Positions 23,369-35,098 of a DNA stretch of 64,000 nucleotides are shown piece after piece (position 1 is the first letter of the stretch; every line of letters begins with the position of its first letter). The translations under genes and the position numbers were made by a program. The DNA comes from Candidatus Bathyarchaeota archaeon (GTDB taxonomy: Archaea; Thermoproteota; Bathyarchaeia; Bathyarchaeales; Bathycorpusculaceae). Under the pieces are notes generated by a model. That model saw nothing but the letters and a program-made list of their open reading frames with translations, ran no database searches and was not told where the DNA came from. The stretch spans positions 288,001-352,000 of the forward strand of contig CAWDYC010000005.1 in assembly GCA_963806535.1 (NCBI GenBank), given 5' to 3'.

Positions 23369-23947
23369 TCAAAGCGGCAAATCATATGGAGTACCGTGAG
23401 CTGGATAGATTCTGGTTACATTCATTGCATGTATTCTCTGCCAATTCTTGAAAGCTTCTGATCCTACTGGAGAGGCGTTCTCAAGTGGGAGGTCTCCTGT
23501 AAAAGCTTCACCTGTGTCAAGAACAAGGGTAACATGGTCTTGACTATGCCCAGTAGTGGGAATTGTTTCGCCGTCTATATCCAGGGCTTTGAGAAAAAGT
23601 CTGCTTTCACTAAAAGTCAGCAGTATATTACCCTCATTTTTTATTTCATGAAAAACCAATGGAGGCTTGATGAACTGCTTCTGCTCGTTTAGATGTTCCC
23701 TCTGGTTTTCCATAACGATGAGTTTTGCGCCTTTGTCCTTCATTTCTTGAGCAATGGCGCCGTGATCAATATGATAATGCGTGACTAGAATGTGAGTAAC
23801 ATTCTTTGTGGAGTACCCCTCGCTTGCTAGGTTCCATTTGAGTTCTGGCATTCGGCCTGGCCAACCAACGTCTATTAGCAGTTTTGCTTTCTCCGTGATT
23901 AATAGGTAACAGTTGACCGATCTATACCCTACATTAAGTATCTTCAA
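23369..23947 (-). CDS. MBL-fold metallo-hydrolase
   Basis: THYHIDH, GHS, FTGD, YPAHG. Confidence 0.88.
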   Translation of the reverse strand: MKILNVGYRSVNCYLLITEKAKLLIDVGWPGRMPELKWNLASEGYSTKNVTHILVTHYHIDHGAIAQEMKDKGAKLIVMENQREHLNEQKQFIKPPLVFHEIKNEGNILLTFSESRLFLKALDIDGETIPTTGHSQDHVTLVLDTGEAFTGDLPLENASPVGSEAFKNWQRIHAMNVTRIYPAHGTPYDLPL

Positions 23948-24145
23948 TGGATCACCGCAAAAGATCAGATGGTAGTGGAATAATAATCATTGTTTAAGAA
24001 TGGTAATCAATGCTGATTAAATTAAGTTAAGGAAAAATGAAAAAGATTGGATAAACAAAAAATCGTTTGGATCAGCAAACACTTAGACTTGACAACCTAT
24101 TACTCACATCGTTTAATTGGGGAGATCTCAATTCGACCACCTAAT

Positions 24146-26183
24146 TCAAGTGTTTCTCGAATAGATGTCCAATTTTTTTGAACTTTCGGATTTCTTCAGT
24201 TTTTTACGTCCGGTGATTTCTCTTGCTGCAGCGAAAACGCCTTGTATCTCACCTTCTGGGTCACGGTAAATTGATGCGTTATACAAAACATCTGTTACAT
24301 CTCCAGATTTGTGTCTAATTACTAACGGGTAATCTTTAATGAACCCTTCAGTGAAGACTTGTTGGTATCCTGCGATAGCTTTTTCTGGTTCAGTAAAATA
24401 ATCCGAAAAATCACTTCCAACCAATTCTGCGTGAGAGCAACCTGTGGCAATCTCTGTAGCCTTATTAACGTCGGTAATTTTGCCTTCTTTGCTGATTGTG
24501 ACCAAAGGGTCCAAACTCGCTTCAATTAGACTTCTGCAATACAAAGAAGCTGCAAGCAACTCTTCTTTCGCTTTCTTACGACTTGTTATAATTGTTAGGG
24601 TGAACAGCATTTGTGTAGCTTTGCCTTGCTCATCATGCTTTATGGTAGTCGCTCGGCTTTGAACCCATTCCCAGACTCCAGTTTTGCTTATCAATCGATA
24701 TTCAATTGGACTTTGTTCATCTGTGGTTCCACTTACCATTTGTTTCCAACATGATTTTACCAATTCGACGTCGTCTGGATGCACCAATGGCAATATTGAT
24801 TTTGAAGCTTCTAACTCTGCGCAAGAATATCCCAAAAACTCATTACGGTTAAGGAACTCCGCTTTACCCGAAGCAAGGTCCAACAAATGTTATAGAATCG
24901 GGAGACAATAACGTGAGTTGGTGAAAACGCTCCTCACTAAGACGCAAAGACTCCTCAGCTTTTTTGCGTTCAGTAATATCTATGACTAACCCTCTGAGAC
25001 CAGTTACTTTGTTTTCGGAAATAATAGGAGTTGTTCTAACGAAAGCGGGGTATGTTGTGTTGTCTTTCTTGAAAAGAGTGTATTCATTATTCTTGCCAGC
25101 TTTTCCAGATATTGATTTCTCAATGTTTTCTTTAGCTCGATCTCTCTCTTCTGGAATAACGAATGACAATATGTTCATGCCTTTTTCGAGTTCTTCAGGC
25201 GTAAAGCCAGTTATCTCGAAAGCTCTTTGACTAAAAAAAGTAATTTTCCCATTTACATCAGCCTCAAAGACTATCTCTGGTAAGAAATTTGCCAATTCTC
25301 GATACCTTGCCTCGCTTTTTCTAACACCTTCCTCAAACGCCTTCCTTTCGGTAATATCAAAAAATAAACCTTGAATAGCTTGCTGCCCCTCGTACTCAAC
25401 TCGATTTGTTAGGGCATCCAACCAAATTATCGAACCATCTTTTCGGACCGCACGAAACTCAAAGCATGATGTCTGTCGTTCACCTTGTAACTGCTTTTCT
25501 AATCGACTAAAATAAGTCGTCCTATCTTCATAATACACCAATTCGATAATTTCTTTGGGTGAAAATGACATTAACTCTCTAAGAGAGAAACCAAGAATTT
25601 TTTCTATAGCTGCATTTCCAAAAACTAGCCTAAGTGGAGCTACCTCCAAAATTAGCATTCCTTGAAGTGAATTCTCAACTAACGTGCGATACTTTGATTC
25701 TGAAGCCGCAAGTAGTTTCGATGATTTTTTTTGTTCCACAGTTTTCTCTATAACATGGGCCAATTCACAATAAATTGTCTCAGGCGAATCGTTTTTGTTG
25801 ATATAACTGTCAGCGCCTAAATTCAAAGCCCTTACTGCAACATCCTCTCGCCCTTTTCCAGTAAATAAGATAAAAGGAATTTGATCATCTCCTGCTCTGA
25901 TTTCTTTTAAGAAATCTAACCCGTTTTTCGGAGGCATTTCATAATCGGATACAACTGCATCATACATTTGCTGTTTCATTTTCTTGAATGCTTCGTCAAC
26001 GGATGTGACACTGTCGATATCAAAGTTGTTTTCCATCGAAAGAATCTGTTTTGAAATTTGCAAAAAACAAAGATCATCGTCAACATGCAAAATCCGAATG
26101 GGGGTCTTTCGATTAGAAGATGGCAAATCAAGTATTTTTACAGCCATTTCATTCTGATCGAAATGTTGCATTATTTGTGTCAC
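24146..26183 (-). CDS. Receiver (REC) plus multi-PAS signalling protein, frameshift near 24880; no histidine kinase domain seen
   Basis: ILHVDDD, VVSDYEMP, FILFTGKG; PAS ends DITERK, VHPDD, EASLDPLVTI. Confidence 0.8.
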
Positions 26184-26539
26184 AAGTCAAATACTCAATG
26201 GATTGATAATAAATCAATTATGAATTGAGTAACTTGAGTGCAGAGTGCTCGAATTTGGAATATACTCTTTTGCACTGATAAATTGAGAGAAATGGAACTC
26301 TTTGCATGATTGGTTAAAGTCAATTTTTGCATCCTAATGGCATGTGAAAAAATTAATGAAAAGTGAAATCTCCAAGAATTGATCAAAATTTTTTTATCAG
26401 AGTTGCGGAACAGAATCCAGCTTAGCCTGCTCTATTTCTAACTGAACGCTTTCAATTCGGTTTCATGGTTGCAGTTGGTTAATTATTGTCGAGATAATCA
26501 TTTTTTACTTTATTTGATAGTTTCATCATTCTTGCATTC

Positions 26540-28468
26540 TTAGATGATAGTGACTATTGCGAGAATCGCATCTTTTCCTTCGTATTTTATCAATTTTGAA
26601 TTAAGAATTGCTTGAATTACCTTACCTTCTTTTGTTACAAGTGAAAATTCAAAAGGAGAAACCTCTTGGTTAATCAAATGATTGTTGAAGCTTGAGGCAA
26701 ACCTTTCTTTGTATTCTGAAGCAATCAATTTATGGAAACTGAAATCAGCACTGTAAAACTCTCCTCTCGTGTAGCCCGTTTCTTGTTCACATTTATTGTT
26801 TGCATAAACAACTCTATCGTTCACATTTATGAAAATCATACTTGGAGATTCTTCGACTAAAGTCCTAAACTTTTCTTCAGATTCTTCAAGCATCTGCTCT
26901 GCTTTTTTTCGCTCAGTTATATCCACAAAAGTAGTTACTACTACCTGTGCACTTTTTGTCTTTATGTCGATAATGGGTTCCGAGTTAATTAAGATCCATC
27001 TGTATTTACTGGCAATCGGATTAAACACACCCATGACTACGTTCCGAACTGGCTTTGCGGTCTTCAATGTAATCATAGATGGATGCTGATCAACTAAGAA
27101 AGGCGAATTATCCTCATGAATTGCTTGCCATTTTGGATCTGCTGAGGTTCGACCTTTAATTTGATCAAGAGACAACCCAAGAATTTCGCAAGCCATTTCG
27201 TTTGCTTCAATGATTAAACCATTTTTGTCTTGAACGACGATTCCACTTGCAATTACTTCAAACAAACTTCGATATCGCTGATCACTTAAGCGAATTGCTT
27301 CTTCAGAACGCTTTCGTTCAGTTACATCTTCAAATATTGTTGCAAAGTATCCTTTTTCAGGGCTGAAAGCAAGTACGGAAATCCATTTTTCTAAAGTTTG
27401 AAAATAATGCAAAAAGGAGACAGAACTACCGGTTGCAACCGTTTCTCCGTATGTATTAAGCAACTCTGCTAGCGATTGCGATGTATTAGGCCAAAATTTA
27501 GTTGCGTTTTTGCCAAACTCGGTTCTTGTTATCCCAGTAAGCTCTTGGAACGCAGAATTTGCTTCTATTATAACAAAATCAATTAGCTTACCTTCATTAT
27601 CATAGATTAATTTGTTGTAAGCGAAACCGTTACTCATGTTTGCAAACAAATAGTCAAATTGGCGTCTATCTCTCTTGAACTCTCTTTCTTGAGGTTCGAT
27701 GGCTGAAAACCAAGCAGAATTAAAAAAGCTTTGAGCCAATTCAATTAGACCATGATTATTTGACAAAACTGCAAAATCTGTATCAACTGAAGATTTTGTA
27801 TTAAGTACAATTTCATTGTCATCTTTAATCCTTAACCAAACAGAAGGTGGCCCAACAATATACCTAATTTCAAAATTTGGATACTTTTCAAGTGCGGTAA
27901 TATCTTTTGACTTATTTGAATTGATTTGTTGTTCCGTAATTACTCTTATATTCACTTTCTTTTCCAAGGCTTTTCTAATGATTTTATGGTTGATTACAAT
28001 CCACTGAGAAATTATTTGCCAAGGAACCATAATACATAGACTGTTTTGAGAGGTTTCAACCAGCTTTCGCAACTTAAGCTCAATAGCATCTCCTTGGTGA
28101 ACTAAGACAAATTGCTCCTCTTCATTATGTATCTTGAAGTTCAACTTTTCAACATGCCTTACTAATTCATTTACCCTTTTGTTCAATTCTATGTTCGCTT
28201 TAGTTTTCTTTAAAACCAAAATGCCAACGGCATCCAAAATGGCTAAAGGCTTATACTTTGTAGGTACCGTTATTATTTTTTCGACTATTCCTTCATCTTG
28301 TAGGGTTATAATTGCTCTATAAGTATCGGGACGGGCTATTTTTGAAATATTAGCGATTTCTCTAATAGATGCAGTGCCTATTTGAAGAAGAGCGAGATAA
28401 GTTTTTGATTCTGCACTATTTAGACCAAGGTCAACCAGTGTTCTGATGGCTTCGTCATTGCTGCTGAT
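26540..28468 (-). CDS. TrmB-family HTH regulator fused to an effector domain and three PAS domains
   Basis: In-frame upstream extension ISSNDEAIRTLVDLGLNSAESKTYLALL..IARPDTYRAIITLQDEGIVEKI; PAS domains ending DVTERK/DITERK. Confidence 0.78.
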   Translation of the reverse strand: MSSNDEAIRTLVDLGLNSAESKTYLALLQIGTASIREIANISKIARPDTYRAIITLQDEGIVEKIITVPTKYKPLAILDAVGILVLKKTKANIELNKRVNELVRHVEKLNFKIHNEEEQFVLVHQGDAIELKLRKLVETSQNSLCIMVPWQIISQWIVINHKIIRKALEKKVNIRVITEQQINSNKSKDITALEKYPNFEIRYIVGPPSVWLRIKDDNEIVLNTKSSVDTDFAVLSNNHGLIELAQSFFNSAWFSAIEPQEREFKRDRRQFDYLFANMSNGFAYNKLIYDNEGKLIDFVIIEANSAFQELTGITRTEFGKNATKFWPNTSQSLAELLNTYGETVATGSSVSFLHYFQTLEKWISVLAFSPEKGYFATIFEDVTERKRSEEAIRLSDQRYRSLFEVIASGIVVQDKNGLIIEANEMACEILGLSLDQIKGRTSADPKWQAIHEDNSPFLVDQHPSMITLKTAKPVRNVVMGVFNPIASKYRWILINSEPIIDIKTKSAQVVVTTFVDITERKKAEQMLEESEEKFRTLVEESPSMIFINVNDRVVYANNKCEQETGYTRGEFYSADFSFHKLIASEYKERFASSFNNHLINQEVSPFEFSLVTKEGKVIQAILNSKLIKYEGKDAILAIVTII

Positions 28469-28657
28469 TTAATGCCTTCCCCTTCTTCTCTTGATTATTG
28501 ACTTTACCGATTGTGGTACTTTTTTCACTATTTAAATTTTTGTTACTTCCACCAAATGCGATAGGTATTTTTTAAAAAGTTGTCTGTTGGTGGAACATAC
28601 ACCAACTACATCTAATATACTAAATATGCTCATAAGTATATTGAAGGAGGATGTATT

Positions 28658-29179
28658 TTGGCTCTAGATGAGCTAGATAGAAAAATAGTCCAATGTCTGA
28701 GTCTTGGAACAAGCTCTTATGAAGAACTTGCTCAAACATGCAGCGTAACACGAAACACCATTTATCGAAGAATAGCCGCACTTGAAAATGAGGGTATAAT
28801 TGAGAATACTCTTCGCTGTATAATAAACTTTAAACAGATGGATATAACCCCAGTAATTATTGGCGCGAGGGTCCTCGAAAATAATCATGAAAAAGCGGTC
28901 TATCTGCTTACAAACAATAAGAATGTTAAATTTCTTTGGCAAACCTACGGAGACCACAACATATCTCTAGTGGCCTTTTGCACCAAAGGCAAGGAGGGTG
29001 CAATAATCCAAGATATACGATCAATCCTTGAAGGATTAGGCGCCGAACACATATGTTCATCTATAGGTTTCACATGGGAAAAAATGAGCTTTTCACCCTT
29101 TGAAGACCAATTGGAAAGTAAAAAGAAAATAGAGCAAATAATAGAAGTGAGAAATCTGTCAGCAATCGGTTGTCCTTAA
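28658..29179 (+). CDS. Lrp/AsnC family transcriptional regulator
   Basis: LDELDRKI..SYEELA..TIYRRIAALENEGII. Confidence 0.85.
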   Translation: MALDELDRKIVQCLSLGTSSYEELAQTCSVTRNTIYRRIAALENEGIIENTLRCIINFKQMDITPVIIGARVLENNHEKAVYLLTNNKNVKFLWQTYGDHNISLVAFCTKGKEGAIIQDIRSILEGLGAEHICSSIGFTWEKMSFSPFEDQLESKKKIEQIIEVRNLSAIGCP

Positions 29180-29478
29180 ATACGGAGCGCTTCATCTAGG
29201 ATTCAAATAATAAAATCTCAAAGTTTTTTGGTTTGGTATGGATCTTATTGGTTTCTTCATTTTATTTACGCTCCTCTTTCATTTATTAAGATTTCAGGAA
29301 AAAGGAAGGCAAAATCAAGAGATATCAAAACTAAATACTTTTCTGAATTTCAGACAGGGCAATCTGACCAATTGATTCTTCTCAAGATATGAGACTATTT
29401 GCATTACATGGTACATTATCAAGAGAAATTTGCTAAAAATGGAGTTTTTGCGTAGTACGATAATGATATCACTGTTGT

Positions 29479-29925
29479 ATGCGACTTACTTCTAAATTGA
29501 CATTTGAAGTGTTAAAAATGAATATACTAGAACGTATCCCTTTAGCAAAGGTTTCGAGTTCAGCACACCTTGTTTGGCTCGATAATTCAATTGCTGATAT
29601 GATTGCTTTAGAGACTATTCAGCTAATTAATGAGAGTTATTATCGGAATTTTTTGTTCTTTAATGGCGTAAGCTCTAAACGAATTATTGCCGGCTTATTC
29701 TATCTCTTAGGATACAGATACAAAGTTATTAAAAGTCAGAACGAAATTGCAGATAAATTGAATACTTCAGATGCTACTATTCGCAAATCTTATCAAAAAT
29801 GGCTACATACCTTCCCTGAATCATTTTTAGACATAAAAAGCAATTTTGAAACAAATAAAGAATTGAAGAACTCTCAAACCTCATTAATTGAAACGATAAT
29901 GAAAATAAAAAAAAAGGGACTATAG
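29479..29925 (+). CDS. Stand-alone TFB (TFIIB) C-terminal cyclin/HTH-like protein
   Basis: GVSSKRIIAGLFY..SQNEIADKLNTSDATIRKSY resembles the second TFB repeat. Confidence 0.6.
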   Translation: MRLTSKLTFEVLKMNILERIPLAKVSSSAHLVWLDNSIADMIALETIQLINESYYRNFLFFNGVSSKRIIAGLFYLLGYRYKVIKSQNEIADKLNTSDATIRKSYQKWLHTFPESFLDIKSNFETNKELKNSQTSLIETIMKIKKKGL

Positions 29926-30315
29926 TTGATTCAGAACAGCAAGGCAAACTCTATGCCGAAAATACTTACGGTTTTTGAGAAAACAGATCCCGAATTCTCA
30001 AACAGTACATTGATCGAGGAGAAAATCATCAAAAACTTCACCGACTTGCTAATATTGAAATACCTTCAAAAGTACCCTCTCGAAAGTGGATATAAAATTC
30101 TTAATTACTTGCGCCAAAAATTCGATATCCCTTTTAGCCCTGGAACAATATACAATGTAATATACTCTTTGGAGAGGAACGGCTTAATTAAAGGAAAGGG
30201 CAATGAATTGGGACGGAAATACCAATTAACAGAAGAAGGCGGAAAAGCGATGCACCGTGTAGTTAGAGCCCGAAAAAGGTTCCAGAGATTGCTGATGGAT
30301 ATTGTAGAAGAATAA
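29926..30315 (+). CDS. PadR family regulator
   Basis: SGYKI, FSPGTIYNVIYSLERNGLI, RKYQLTEEG. Confidence 0.88.
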   Translation: MIQNSKANSMPKILTVFEKTDPEFSNSTLIEEKIIKNFTDLLILKYLQKYPLESGYKILNYLRQKFDIPFSPGTIYNVIYSLERNGLIKGKGNELGRKYQLTEEGGKAMHRVVRARKRFQRLLMDIVEE

Positions 30316-30409
30316 ACATTCAGTGAGAGTTTATTGAAATTCTTGTTTCCGCAAAAATTTCAGAATGAATTAATGTTTAAGAATGATTTAAGATTCTCAG
30401 AGAAACTAT

Positions 30410-31156
30410 CTAAGCCTGATTTTCAGTTATCCTCTTTTTTAGTTTAATTTCAAGAATTCCATTGTGGTAACTCGATTCAACTATCTCTTTCTCCACTATA
30501 GTTGGAAGATCTATTTTCTTGCAGTATGCTTTTGTTAGGGTGCTAAGATTTATTTTCAGACTCTTGCCTTCTGCCCTTAATTCTATTTCGTTCTCTTTAA
30601 CACATGGCAATTCAGTCGTTACGCGCAGGTAGTCCCCTTCTTCGAAGATGTCAACTATGGGGTCTCTTTCCTTTATTGTTCCTACTGACTGAGGCAAAAT
30701 TATATTTGCTCTCGGAGATTGTTTAAGTGGTTTTCTGATTTTTATTCCATTATTCGAAGGTTGTGTAGTGGAGCTTGCCTTTATCGGACGAGAACTTAAT
30801 CGGAAATCCACTGCTCCACCTTTTCCAAAGCTAATTGTTTTCTGCATTGTGTATTTCCCTTTGGATTTTTCTGCCAACGTGCCTAAATCGTTCACCAAAC
30901 TAAGTAAACCATTTCCCTTTTTGTCATTCGTCATAATCGATCCATTTAATATCTCAAAACCAAAACTGAGAATTCCGTCTAAAGCCTTGTTTTGATCTTT
31001 GATCTTAACATTTTTCTCTTTTTCGGGAGTTTTGGTTGTCTCCGCTTCGGATTTTTTTGGAGGCTGAATTTCTTTTTCGCTGAACGCAATATCCTTCTCT
31101 AGCTTTTTATTTTTCTTTTTTTCGCTCTTATTATTGATTTTTGGTTTTTTCATCAA
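30410..31156 (-). CDS. Hsp20/alpha-crystallin domain protein with long Lys-rich N-terminus (GvpH-like)
   Basis: PIVDIFEE, TELPCV, YHNGILEIKL. Confidence 0.8.
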   Translation of the reverse strand: MMKKPKINNKSEKKKNKKLEKDIAFSEKEIQPPKKSEAETTKTPEKEKNVKIKDQNKALDGILSFGFEILNGSIMTNDKKGNGLLSLVNDLGTLAEKSKGKYTMQKTISFGKGGAVDFRLSSRPIKASSTTQPSNNGIKIRKPLKQSPRANIILPQSVGTIKERDPIVDIFEEGDYLRVTTELPCVKENEIELRAEGKSLKINLSTLTKAYCKKIDLPTIVEKEIVESSYHNGILEIKLKKRITENQA

Positions 31157-32156
31157 AATCCTCTTTCTTCATTTGTTCTGGATAACTTATTTCTAGTAAT
31201 TCAAGATATGAGTCTGGATTTGCAAAATACTTAGCTTCAAGAGGTAGATTTCTTTGCACTGCCAAATGTATTCCGTTAATACCATATTTTTCTAAGATTT
31301 TTCTTGCCAGCGGATACCCCAAGTAATATGAAGCACCTTTGATTATCTGGGCGTGCTTCAGAACTTCTTCTAATATTTTTTGTGAGTTTGATTCTTCAAG
31401 CCCGGTCTGGAATGTTTTTTCAGATACTATATTTTTTCGTCTGGTCTCGATGCTCGATAATAGCCCAATGCATTTCAGATAGCCTGTCTGAAGTTCCTTA
31501 TCGGAAAGAGCTGCTTCTTCAGCGTAATTCATGTTTTTTAGAGTTTGAAGGGCTATAGCTTCGCAACTTCCTTCTTTAAAGACAGTTTTGAAAATAGCTT
31601 CAAAATACAGATCTAATATTTGCTGCAAACGTATAGGTTCAAAGTTTCCTTTGGCTTCGAAATACAGTCTCACAGCATTCTCTGTTGAGGTCTTTTGTGT
31701 CGTTGATTTGAGAGACGCAAGAAGTTTTTCTGCCAGTTCATGAGCGCATACTAAGACAACTTTTTCGGGAAAATTAATTGTCATTTCCTCGTTCAAATAC
31801 AATGTTTCGTTTTGAGGATTATAGAAAGCAAAATGGTTAGATAATCCTGCGGTTTGATCGCAAGTAAGAGCCTTTGAAATTTGTATCCATTGAATATTGT
31901 TTTTTGTTATGCCACTACTTCTAAGGTCGCTTCTTATGCGTCGCGTTAGGTGTTTTTTAAATTCGGATTGTTGGAGTATTAGAACATCTCTAAAAAAAGG
32001 AAAATTCACATTGAAGAATTTGATCATCTGAGAATGAATCTCTCTGAGCCGATGGCAAATTTCTTCTTGGTTTATTTTGGAATCGCTTTCTTGGAATGCT
32101 GACGCTTGATATTCTGGGGATATTGTTTTTTTCATCAAAGGTTTTCTCCAGAGCAT
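31131..32156 (-). CDS. Hypothetical zincin-like protein (HELAE...EGSCE)
   Basis: [42 protein letters not shown]. Confidence 0.5.
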   Translation of the reverse strand: MLWRKPLMKKTISPEYQASAFQESDSKINQEEICHRLREIHSQMIKFFNVNFPFFRDVLILQQSEFKKHLTRRIRSDLRSSGITKNNIQWIQISKALTCDQTAGLSNHFAFYNPQNETLYLNEEMTINFPEKVVLVCAHELAEKLLASLKSTTQKTSTENAVRLYFEAKGNFEPIRLQQILDLYFEAIFKTVFKEGSCEAIALQTLKNMNYAEEAALSDKELQTGYLKCIGLLSSIETRRKNIVSEKTFQTGLEESNSQKILEEVLKHAQIIKGASYYLGYPLARKILEKYGINGIHLAVQRNLPLEAKYFANPDSYLELLEISYPEQMKKEDFDEKTKNQ

Positions 32157-34306
32157 TGGACCAATTTTTTGCGTTCTTTCATCTTATTGATGGCAGCTTG
32201 CATGTCTTCCATGGATATTTCAAGTTTGGTTTTTATTTCGGATGCCTTCACTTTTTCGCTTAGAAAACGGCGAATAGCGAACATCGTAGCTTCTCGACAT
32301 ACTCCGTCTATGTCCGCTCCGGTACAACCTTCGGTTTCTTCAACGAGTTTTTCAAATGAAACATTTTTTGCAAGTGGGTTCTTTGCGGTGTGTATTTTGA
32401 AAATTTCAAGCCTAGCCTCAGTTTCTGGAGTTGGAACTTGAAGAATAAGGTCGAATCGCCCAGTTCTCAGCAAAGCGGGATCAATTATGTCGATTCGATT
32501 TGTAGCTGCTAGAACCATGACACCGTGAAGTTCTTCTAAGCCGTCAATTTCAGTGAGGAATTGGCTAATTACTCTCTCCGACGTGTGAGCATCCGATATT
32601 CCGCTTCCACGTTTAGGAACCAATGCGTCTATCTCATCAAAGAAAACGATGCATGGAGCTGATTGTTTTGCTTTCCGAAAGATTTCTCTTACGCCTTTTT
32701 CGGATTCTCCCACAAATTTGTTCATAAGGGCTGGACCTTTTACATGGATAAAGTTAGCTTCGCTCTCTTTGGCAACTGCTTTCGCCAAAAGTGTCTTTCC
32801 CGTTCCGGGGGGGCCAAAAAGGATTATGCCCTTAGGAGGTTTGGCCCCGGCTTCTTTATAGATATCTGCGTATTTCAAAGGCCATTCTATAGCTTCCATA
32901 AGCTCTTGTTTCAATTCGTGAAGACCGCCGATATTTTCCCAAGAAACATTAGGTGTTTCAATTAGAACCTCTCTTAGAGCTGAGGGTTCAACAAAGCGCA
33001 ACGCGTCCTGAAAATCATCCATTCTTACTACTAGTTTGTTGAGCACTTCAGCCGCAATTAATTCGGCTTCAAAGTCAATCTCCGGCAAAATTCTTCGTAG
33101 TGCCTTCATGGCAGCTTCTTTGCAGAGCTCTGTTAAATCTGCGCCAGTGAAGCCATGAGTCAGATTCGACAGAATCATAAGGTCAACTTCTGGTGTAAGA
33201 GGCATACCTCGAGTGTGGATTTGGAGGATTTCAAAACGACCCTCTCTTGTTGGCATTCCTATCTCCACCTCTCGGTCAAATCTACCACCCCTTCGTAGGG
33301 CAGGATCGATTGCATTGGGTCTATTTGTTGCTCCGATGACCACCACTTGTCCGCGTGGTTCTAGCCCGTCCATCAAAGACAGCAGCTGAGATACTACCCT
33401 CTTTTCAACTTCTCCAGTAACTTCTTCTCTTTTCGGAGCTATTGCATCAATCTCATCAATGAATATGATGCAGGGTTTATTCTGTGCAGCTTGGGTGAAT
33501 ATCTCCCTTAAACGACCCTCTGATTCACCGTAGAATTTGCCATGAATTTCTCCGCCGCTAATGCTAATAAAAGTAGCAAAGGTTTCGTTCGCAACTGCCT
33601 TCGCAATAAGCGTTTTTCCAGTTCCAGGTGGACCATGTAGCAAAACTCCTTTGGGTGGTTCTATGCCAAGTCGGTCAAACACTTCTGGGTGACGAAGTGG
33701 CAACTCAATCATCTCTCTGGTCCTTTGAATTTGTTCGGACAGCCCGCCAACATCATCATAAGTGGAACCGAATCGTCTTCCCGTTTCGGCTGTTTTTTCT
33801 CGAATAACGATTTCCGTTGTCGAATGTAATATGGCAGCTGCGCCGTTAGGCTTAATGCGGACAACAATGAAGGAGACGCTTGAGCCTAAAAGTGTAAGCC
33901 GAATCTGGTCTCCTTCAACTAATGGTAAGCCATCCAAGAGGTTACGCACATGTTCTAATGGTTTTTCTCCCCCCCGCCAAGATTGGTCTTGCTCAAGTGG
34001 TGCAAGTGTAACTTTTTCTGCATCCACAACATCGATTTTCCTCACAGAAACGCAGTCGCCAATTCCAACAAAAGAATTGTTCCGTATTATTCCGTCTATT
34101 TGGATTAGATTCTTTCCCCGGTTTTCAGGGTAGGACGGCATGATTTTTGCAACAGTCCTTTTCTTGCCCATTATCTGAATGATGTCACCTGTCTGCGCCT
34201 GAATTTCTTTCATAATTTGAGGATCTATTCTTGCTATTCCTCGACCGAAGTCTCTAAGCGATGCTTCGTCAACGCGCAATGTTGAATTTGGGATGGTTTC
34301 TGACAT
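32135..34306 (-). CDS. cdc48: CDC48/VAT family AAA+ ATPase
   Basis: N-domain GRGIARID; two GPPGTGKT Walker A; IDEID/FDEID; [13 protein letters not shown]. Confidence 0.95.
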   Translation of the reverse strand: MSETIPNSTLRVDEASLRDFGRGIARIDPQIMKEIQAQTGDIIQIMGKKRTVAKIMPSYPENRGKNLIQIDGIIRNNSFVGIGDCVSVRKIDVVDAEKVTLAPLEQDQSWRGGEKPLEHVRNLLDGLPLVEGDQIRLTLLGSSVSFIVVRIKPNGAAAILHSTTEIVIREKTAETGRRFGSTYDDVGGLSEQIQRTREMIELPLRHPEVFDRLGIEPPKGVLLHGPPGTGKTLIAKAVANETFATFISISGGEIHGKFYGESEGRLREIFTQAAQNKPCIIFIDEIDAIAPKREEVTGEVEKRVVSQLLSLMDGLEPRGQVVVIGATNRPNAIDPALRRGGRFDREVEIGMPTREGRFEILQIHTRGMPLTPEVDLMILSNLTHGFTGADLTELCKEAAMKALRRILPEIDFEAELIAAEVLNKLVVRMDDFQDALRFVEPSALREVLIETPNVSWENIGGLHELKQELMEAIEWPLKYADIYKEAGAKPPKGIILFGPPGTGKTLLAKAVAKESEANFIHVKGPALMNKFVGESEKGVREIFRKAKQSAPCIVFFDEIDALVPKRGSGISDAHTSERVISQFLTEIDGLEELHGVMVLAATNRIDIIDPALLRTGRFDLILQVPTPETEARLEIFKIHTAKNPLAKNVSFEKLVEETEGCTGADIDGVCREATMFAIRRFLSEKVKASEIKTKLEISMEDMQAAINKMKERKKLVQCSGENL

Positions 34307-34410
34307 TAGTTTTTACCTTCGCAAATTAGACTACTACTTTACTTTTAGTTAATAACTAAATGTATATATACCTTTTGTTGTATTCTCATTGTCGAGGAAG
34401 AAGGCAAGAT

Positions 34411-35018
34411 ATGGAGCCAACAGGCAAATTTCTCCAAATAGTCGGAAACGAAACCCGCAGAAAAATACTCACCCTACTTTCTCAAAAACCACACTACATT
34501 TCCGAAATAGCCAAAAAATTGGAAATCACCCAACCAGCAATACTCAAGCACCTAAGCATCCTTCAAGAAGCAGGACTTATTGAAAGCTTTCGAGAAGAAA
34601 GCCCCTTAGGAGCAGCAAGGAAATATTATAGAATCTGCCACACAGTAGGCGTAGAAGTAGCCATCAATCCCAAAAGCTTCAGCGTGAACAAACAACTTGA
34701 AACAAAAAGTTGCCCAACATATTTGGAAATAGAAAAGACAATAAAAAAATTGACGGAACAAATAAACCGAAATCAAAGATCTGGTTACAAAAGCGAGTAA
34801 AGCAAGAGTATTAATAAAAAACGCTGAGACACTTTTAGCGTGCAAGGACTTTGAAAAAGGGAAACTGGATTTGCGAAACATGCCGTCAAATGGCTATATT
34901 AAGGAAAAAAACTTCGCAAATAATATTGCATGTTTCAAACGGTGATATCGATTCAGGTTTGCGCCAGCTTATGGATGCAATAAACCTCATTTCACCAAAA
35001 TTTGCAGCCAAATCCTAA
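34411..35018 (+). CDS. ArsR/SmtB family regulator (frameshifted C-terminus)
   Basis: GNETRRKIL, YISEIA..TQPAILKHLSILQEAGLI, ARKYY. Confidence 0.8.
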
Positions 35019-35098
35019 ATTATAGATGAATCAAATTTGACAAGCAAATTTCAGATTGCTATATCTAAAAATATGGTTATGTTCAAAGCAGCTTCTAA

